DNA of 64,000 nt from Geopsychrobacteraceae bacterium (GTDB lineage Bacteria > Desulfobacterota > Desulfuromonadia > Desulfuromonadales > Geopsychrobacteraceae). The stretch is taken from contig CAXXTB010000001.1 of the NCBI GenBank assembly GCA_963676795.2, forward strand, positions 1,152,001 through 1,216,000. Direction: 5' to 3'. Below, piece by piece: positions 58,956 through 64,000 of the stretch (positions are counted from its first letter, which is position 1; the number at the start of each line of letters is the position of its first letter). Both the position numbers and the translations under genes were made by a program. Below the pieces are notes generated by a model. That model was not told where the DNA came from. It did no database searches and worked only from the letters and a program-made list of their open reading frames with translations.

Positions 58956-60092
58956 TTAATATAGATCCCGGGCAGCATAGCTGAACGGAAACGACGGATT
59001 GTTAAGGCACCTGCTGTAGCGGCTGAAGTCCTTGTCTGTAATCCAGTTTTCAACGCAGGAAGAATCGTTGCAGGGGATGCGGCTTTTGTCTCCTTCGCTC
59101 ATGATCAGCATGCTCGATTTTATCCTGTAGTCAGGAGCGTCGTTGAAGTCGCAACCGTTCAGATAATCGTTCATCAGTGCCAGGGCCCAGACGATCTCGG
59201 TAAAGTGCCCCCCCGCACTGGCTGCGATCTCTCCCTTCTCGATCCGTGACTGAATGCCGGGGAGCAGATCGATGCCACCGACGATGAAATCCTTTCCCGG
59301 CACCTTTCCGGTTTCTGCAGCTCCGTCAAGAACTCCAAGTGCCATCGAGTCCGATGCTGTCCAGAAAATTTTTGCTTCCGGATAGCGTTTGACCGCTGCG
59401 CGGAATGCGAGCCGTGCCCGCTCCTGCTCGTAAAAACCCTGAAATCGCTGTTCCAGAACAACATCACTGCGGTGGCGTAAAATCTCTTCCATCCCATTTT
59501 TGCGGTCCTGTGCCTCAGGGGTGAAGAGGTGGCCGTCAATGGCGACGAGATGAAACTTTCCGTCGGATGCGCGCAGCTTCTTTTTTTCGGCAATGCCTAA
59601 CAGGGTATCGATAAGGTCTCGTCCTGCCTTGTAGTCATCTGGAGAAATGACCCCGAGGTAGGTTTTGAATTTTGTCCTTGGCTGGCCTATTTCAGCGTTC
59701 ATGGCCTCAGACGGGCCAACGTTGTAGATCAGTGTCGGAACCTTGTAGCTCTCAGCAAGTTCCAGGATTCGTGGCGCTCTCTCTTTGTAATTGAAAAAGA
59801 GCAATCCTGCCGGGCGCTTGTCCGGGTTTTTAAGGTTGTCTTCGGCTTTCGTTATCAGATCTCTGGGGTCATCGACGGAAATGACATTGAGATCGATCTG
59901 CAGATCCTCGGCGGCAGCCCGGGCATATGTTGTCACCATAGGCCAAAAACCGGTGGATCTGTCAGCGACAAACAGCAGGATTTTATTCTTCGGCTGAGGG
60001 GTGCCTGCCGCAAAGGCTGGAGATGCCAGGACCAGACCAGATACCGTCAGAGCCAGGAAAATTTTGATGAGTATGGTTGCGCAGCTTTTCAT
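58956..60092 (-). CDS. Periplasmic sugar-binding-fold (PBP type 1) protein
   Basis: Signal peptide, FW...AAAEDL, ASDSMALG, SAGGHF; no transporter genes adjacent. Confidence 0.85.
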   Translation of the reverse strand: MKSCATILIKIFLALTVSGLVLASPAFAAGTPQPKNKILLFVADRSTGFWPMVTTYARAAAEDLQIDLNVISVDDPRDLITKAEDNLKNPDKRPAGLLFFNYKERAPRILELAESYKVPTLIYNVGPSEAMNAEIGQPRTKFKTYLGVISPDDYKAGRDLIDTLLGIAEKKKLRASDGKFHLVAIDGHLFTPEAQDRKNGMEEILRHRSDVVLEQRFQGFYEQERARLAFRAAVKRYPEAKIFWTASDSMALGVLDGAAETGKVPGKDFIVGGIDLLPGIQSRIEKGEIAASAGGHFTEIVWALALMNDYLNGCDFNDAPDYRIKSSMLIMSEGDKSRIPCNDSSCVENWITDKDFSRYSRCLNNPSFPFSYAARDLY

Positions 60093-60635
60093 GAACAGAC
60101 TTTCTTTGTTCTGTGGGAAATTAGCGGTAATTAATTGTAGACCATTTCAGCAGGAAATGCCATAGTAGATGATTTTTTACGAAAATCCGGCGATATAAAA
60201 CGCCTTGACTGCGCATGTTTTCAGTCCCTAGAGAGCGATTTGCACTTTTCCTCAGCTTTTGCTATGGTCTGCGGGTTGATGGCGGCGTGCTCACTGTGCG
60301 TTCCGACCATAGACCCGCAAATGAGGTGGATCCTGCTTGCCCCCGGCAATCAGGAGTCGAACCCTCTCTCATCAGGGCAGCACTGGATTTCGGCGTTCCG
60401 TCGTAATACCGGGTGCGGGTGGCCCTGTCCTTTAAAAAAACCAATTATTCTGAATTTCTTTTCAGGCACGTTGTTGCCCTGTTTGCCCATGCCCGGATAT
60501 ACGGATCTGTTCCGTATCTTTATCTGTCGTCGTATCTGTCTGCACGTGCCTGTCCCGAAAAGCTTCCGCAACGAGCCGGTTTTTCGGGTCACTTTTTGAT
60601 TTGCCAGCAACTGGCACAGCCAAAGGAGAGCATGT

Positions 60636-61811
60636 ATGTACGAACAGACTTCCATGAAAAAGGCCGCGGTCGACTGGACCGAAATAGACTGGCAGTCCGA
60701 ACTGGCCAACAATATAACCAGCATCTCATCACTTCAGCAGTATCTGCCGCTCAGTGCTGTAGAAAAAGAAAGTCTGTCGGCCGTTGAGGCGCGTCACCCG
60801 ATGAACGTGCCGCGCTATTATCTGGAACAGATCGATCCGAACGACCCGGATGATCCGATCCGCAAGCTGGCGATCCCGAGCGCGGACGAGCTGATTCTGG
60901 CCGGGGATATGGGGGAGACGACGGGCGACCCTTACGGTGATGACAAACATGACAAGGGGAACGGAATCCTTCACAAGTACCCCTATACCGCCCTGGTTGT
61001 GGCGACTGAATACTGTTCAATGTATTGCCGCCACTGTTTCCGCAAGCGGATGGTCGGGCTGCCGAACGATCAGACGGTGAAAAATTTTCGCCGGGCCGCT
61101 GCCTATATTGCCGAGCACAAAGAAATCAAGAACGTTGTCATCTCCGGTGGCGATCCGCTGCTGTTGCCGACCGAGGTGCTGGCCGAGCTTCTTGAGCCGC
61201 TGCGTTCGCTTGACCATCTGAACTATGTGCGGATCGGCTCGCGTGCGCCGGTCGTCTACCCGATGCGTTTCTGGGAGGATGAGCTGATCGAACTGCTGGC
61301 CGACTTCAACTGTGACAAAAGCCTTTATGTACCGACCCATTTCAATCATGCCAACGAATTGACCCCGGAGGCGGCTCTGGCGGTCTTGCGGTTGAGGAGT
61401 GCCGGGGTGATCGTCAACAACCAGGCGGTGCTGCTGCGCGGTGTCAATGATTCCGTCGAGGCTCTGACCGGGCTGATGGACGGGCTGCTGCGGATCGGCG
61501 TCAATCCCTACTATCTTTACCAGTGCATGCCTGTCGAACGGGTCCGTCATCAGTTTCAGGTGCCTCTCAAACAGGGGGTCGATCTGGTTGATGAAGCTCG
61601 CCGGCGGCTTGACGGCTACGGCAAGCGCTTCAAATTCATCATCGGTCACGACATCGGAAAACTGGAGATCTGCGGGCGCAGCGGCGACAAGCTGATTCTC
61701 AAGCAGTTGCACGCCCGGCCGGGACATCAGGATGAATCGTCACGCCTGCTGATCCGCCAGCTGAATGAAAGCGGAGGCTGGCTTGACGATCTGCCTGAGA
61801 TCGAACTGTGA
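60636..61811 (+). CDS. KamA-family radical SAM aminomutase-like protein (atypical)
   Basis: [45 protein letters not shown]. Confidence 0.9.
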   Translation: MYEQTSMKKAAVDWTEIDWQSELANNITSISSLQQYLPLSAVEKESLSAVEARHPMNVPRYYLEQIDPNDPDDPIRKLAIPSADELILAGDMGETTGDPYGDDKHDKGNGILHKYPYTALVVATEYCSMYCRHCFRKRMVGLPNDQTVKNFRRAAAYIAEHKEIKNVVISGGDPLLLPTEVLAELLEPLRSLDHLNYVRIGSRAPVVYPMRFWEDELIELLADFNCDKSLYVPTHFNHANELTPEAALAVLRLRSAGVIVNNQAVLLRGVNDSVEALTGLMDGLLRIGVNPYYLYQCMPVERVRHQFQVPLKQGVDLVDEARRRLDGYGKRFKFIIGHDIGKLEICGRSGDKLILKQLHARPGHQDESSRLLIRQLNESGGWLDDLPEIEL

Positions 61812-61882
61812 ACAGCAACCTCGTAGGTTACTGATAACTGTAAAGATTTAGACTTTAGCTGAAGAAGAAAGAGGACGTTTTT

Positions 61883-63198
61883 ATGGCTATTTACAACACG
61901 AGACAACAGAGCCTGGCGGAGCAGATGACCGATGAGCCGGTTTCGGCTTCACACTGGAAAGACTGGCGCTGGCAGCTCAAAAATTCGATTCAGACGGTTG
62001 AGACATTTGAAGATCTGCTCGGAATCAGGTTTGGCGAGAGTGAACGCAAAAAGGTGGCGTTGACGTTGAAAAAGTTTCCCCTGTCGATCACTCCCTATTA
62101 CCTGTCGCTGATCGATGCCGATGACTATCGAAACGATCCGGTGTTCCTTCAGTCGTTTCCATCCCCGGCAGAGCTGGAGATCGGCAAATGCGATATGGCT
62201 GATCCCTTGGCGGAGGACAAGGACAGTCCGGCTGCCGGGATCACTCACCGTTACCCGGACCGGGTCCTGTTTCATATCAGTAATGTCTGTTCCATGTACT
62301 GCCGTCACTGTACCCGCAAACGCAAGGTCGGTGACGTCGATTCGATCCCCGGGCGGGAGCAGATCCGCGAAGGGCTCGCCTATATCCGCAGCAACCCGGT
62401 CGTCCGCGATGTCCTGCTCTCCGGTGGTGACCCGTTGATGCTCTCCGATGACTATCTGGACTGGATATTGACCGAGTTGCGCAAGATCGAGCATGTCCAG
62501 GTGATTCGTATCGGCACCCGCATGCCGGTGGTGCTCCCTTACCGGATTACCGATGAACTGGTTGCCATGCTGAAAAAGCACCAGCCGCTCTGGCTCAACA
62601 CCCATTTCAATCATCCCCGCGAGCTGACCTCCTCAGCGCGGGAAGCCCTGCGCAAGCTTGCCGATGGCGGGATCCCGCTCGGTAACCAGTCGGTGCTTCT
62701 GGCCGGGGTCAACGACTGTCCACGGATCATGAAGTCGCTCGTCCATAAACTGGTCGAAAACCGGGTCAGCCCCTACTATCTCTATCAGTGCGACCTGTCC
62801 GAGGGGCTGTCCCATTTCGCACACCGGTCGGCAAGGGGATCGAGATCATGGAGAGCCTGATCGGACACACCAGCGGTTTTGCCGTGCCGACCTACGTGAT
62901 CGACGCTCCGGGCGGCGGCGGGAAGATACCGCTGACGCCGAACTACCTGATTTCACTGAGCACCAACAAGGTTGTGCTGCGCAACTATGAAGGGGTCATC
63001 ACGACCTATCAGGAGCCGGAAAAGTATGAGTCCAATTTTTGTGACCGAAACTGTGATGACTGTCATCTGCAGTTGAAGCTGGAGGATGCCGACGAATGTC
63101 AGTCGACAGGGATCGAAAAGCTGCTTGCCGATTACGACACAACGATATCCCTGACGCCAACCGATACCGAACGTTTTGAGAGGCGCAGCGATGATTGA
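61883..63198 (+). pseudogene. ablA: Lysine 2,3-aminomutase with a 1-nt frameshift near 62818 (possibly a sequencing error)
   Basis: [15 protein letters not shown] and [12 protein letters not shown], then a shift to TPVGKG...[22 protein letters not shown]. The sequence reads TTCGCACA where TTCCGCACA would restore the frame. Confidence 0.9.
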
Positions 63199-64000
63199 TC
63201 GAATCGAAACCCTGGGTCATTCTCGGTTTCAGCATGGAGCGTCGAATCAACGGGTTTACCTGATGAAGGCTGCCGATGAAGATCTGGATCAGCTGCTCCC
63301 GCATCTCGATGAGCTGGCCCGGGAGCATGGCTATACCAAGATTTTTGCCAAGGTCTCCGCCCGCCAGAAAGAGTTTTTCCTGGCCAGGGGCTATCAGCTT
63401 GAGGCCGTTGTCCCCGATTTTTACCGGAGGAGAGACCAGGCCCTGTTCCTTGGTAAATATTTTAGCAAGAGCAGGGCAGCAGAAAAGCGTCCGGAGCTGG
63501 TTGAGGACGTTCTCGACAAGGCAAAGTTGAAGAAAGGGCTTGTGGCTGCGGTCAAAGCTCCCGGTTACAGCTGCCGGGAGCTGGAGAGCGAAGATCTGGA
63601 TGAAGCCGCTGCTCTCTACGCACAGATATTTACCAGCTACCCCTTTCCGATCAGCGACCCTGACTATCTGCGTCAATCGCTCGATCATGTCTGTTATTAC
63701 GGTGTCTGGCATGATTCCCGGCTGGTTGCCCTGGCATCGGCAGAAATCGATGTGGCGGGTGCCAATGCGGAGATGACCGATTTTGCAACCGACCCGGAGC
63801 ATCAGGGGATGGGACTGGCCGGGCTGCTGCTCGGACGGATGGAAATGGAGATGCAGAAGAAGGGGATTACGACCCTTTACACCATTGCCCGGGCCTATTC
63901 CTACGGCATGAATATCACCTTTGCCAGGAGTGGCTATATTTTCAGCGGAACCCTGCCGAACAATACCCAGATCGCCGGCGGCCTGGAAACGATGAATGTC
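63191..64000 (+). CDS. ablB: Beta-lysine N-epsilon-acetyltransferase (partial, runs off window end)
   Basis: Manual translation [26 protein letters not shown]...[10 protein letters not shown]...[11 protein letters not shown]...AEMTDFAT...[15 protein letters not shown]; overlaps the ablA stop. Confidence 0.93.
   Translation, partial: MIDRIETLGHSRFQHGASNQRVYLMKAADEDLDQLLPHLDELAREHGYTKIFAKVSARQKEFFLARGYQLEAVVPDFYRRRDQALFLGKYFSKSRAAEKRPELVEDVLDKAKLKKGLVAAVKAPGYSCRELESEDLDEAAALYAQIFTSYPFPISDPDYLRQSLDHVCYYGVWHDSRLVALASAEIDVAGANAEMTDFATDPEHQGMGLAGLLLGRMEMEMQKKGITTLYTIARAYSYGMNITFARSGYIFSGTLPNNTQIAGGLETMNV

Noticed and set aside
60345..60430. tRNA-like words on the minus strand (AAATCCAGT...GGTTCGACTCCTG) and a hammerhead-like CTGATGAG
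   Set aside because: No acceptor stem, anticodon arm or CCA can be built, and there is no correctly placed stem II-GAAA for a hammerhead.
60611..60626. TGGCAC upstream of the KamA paralog as a sigma54 promoter
   Set aside because: There is no GC at the -12 position (GG-N10-GG) and it overlaps the RBS.
62999..63802. Minus-strand 267-aa ORF
   Set aside because: It is antisense to ablA and ablB, which have clear family motifs.

Overview
A 64 kb chromosomal window, inferred from gene content to come from a Desulfuromonadales-like (Geobacter/Desulfuromonas-type) anaerobic diazotroph. From 1 to 11 kb it carries a nitrogen-fixation locus: nifH-nifD behind a sigma54 promoter and an ANTAR-type attenuator, a glnK-amtB-ANTAR regulator-draT-draG operon extended by a macrodomain gene and an FKBP gene, and a GAF-PAS kinase. 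From 11 to 21 kb are glucosylglycerate synthesis and phosphorylase genes, a RAYT (Y1) transposase with perfect 22-bp inverted repeats next to two integron attC sites, and three small hydrophobic-peptide ORFs. From 21 to 41 kb are a purine/nucleoside ABC transporter, sucA-sucB-lpdA, lipA, a rubredoxin and housekeeping genes. From 41 to 49 kb is a DctP/PucR/UroD-like methyltransferase/corrinoid/MFS cluster with shared operators. From 49 to 64 kb are Ktr/Trk, a LysR-YeiH pair, a binding protein plus diguanylate cyclase, and an atypical KamA paralog followed by ablA (frameshifted) and ablB. A modular ~400-bp nested-palindrome repeat occurs three times. All calls come from reading the sequence and motifs by eye; no database searches were run.
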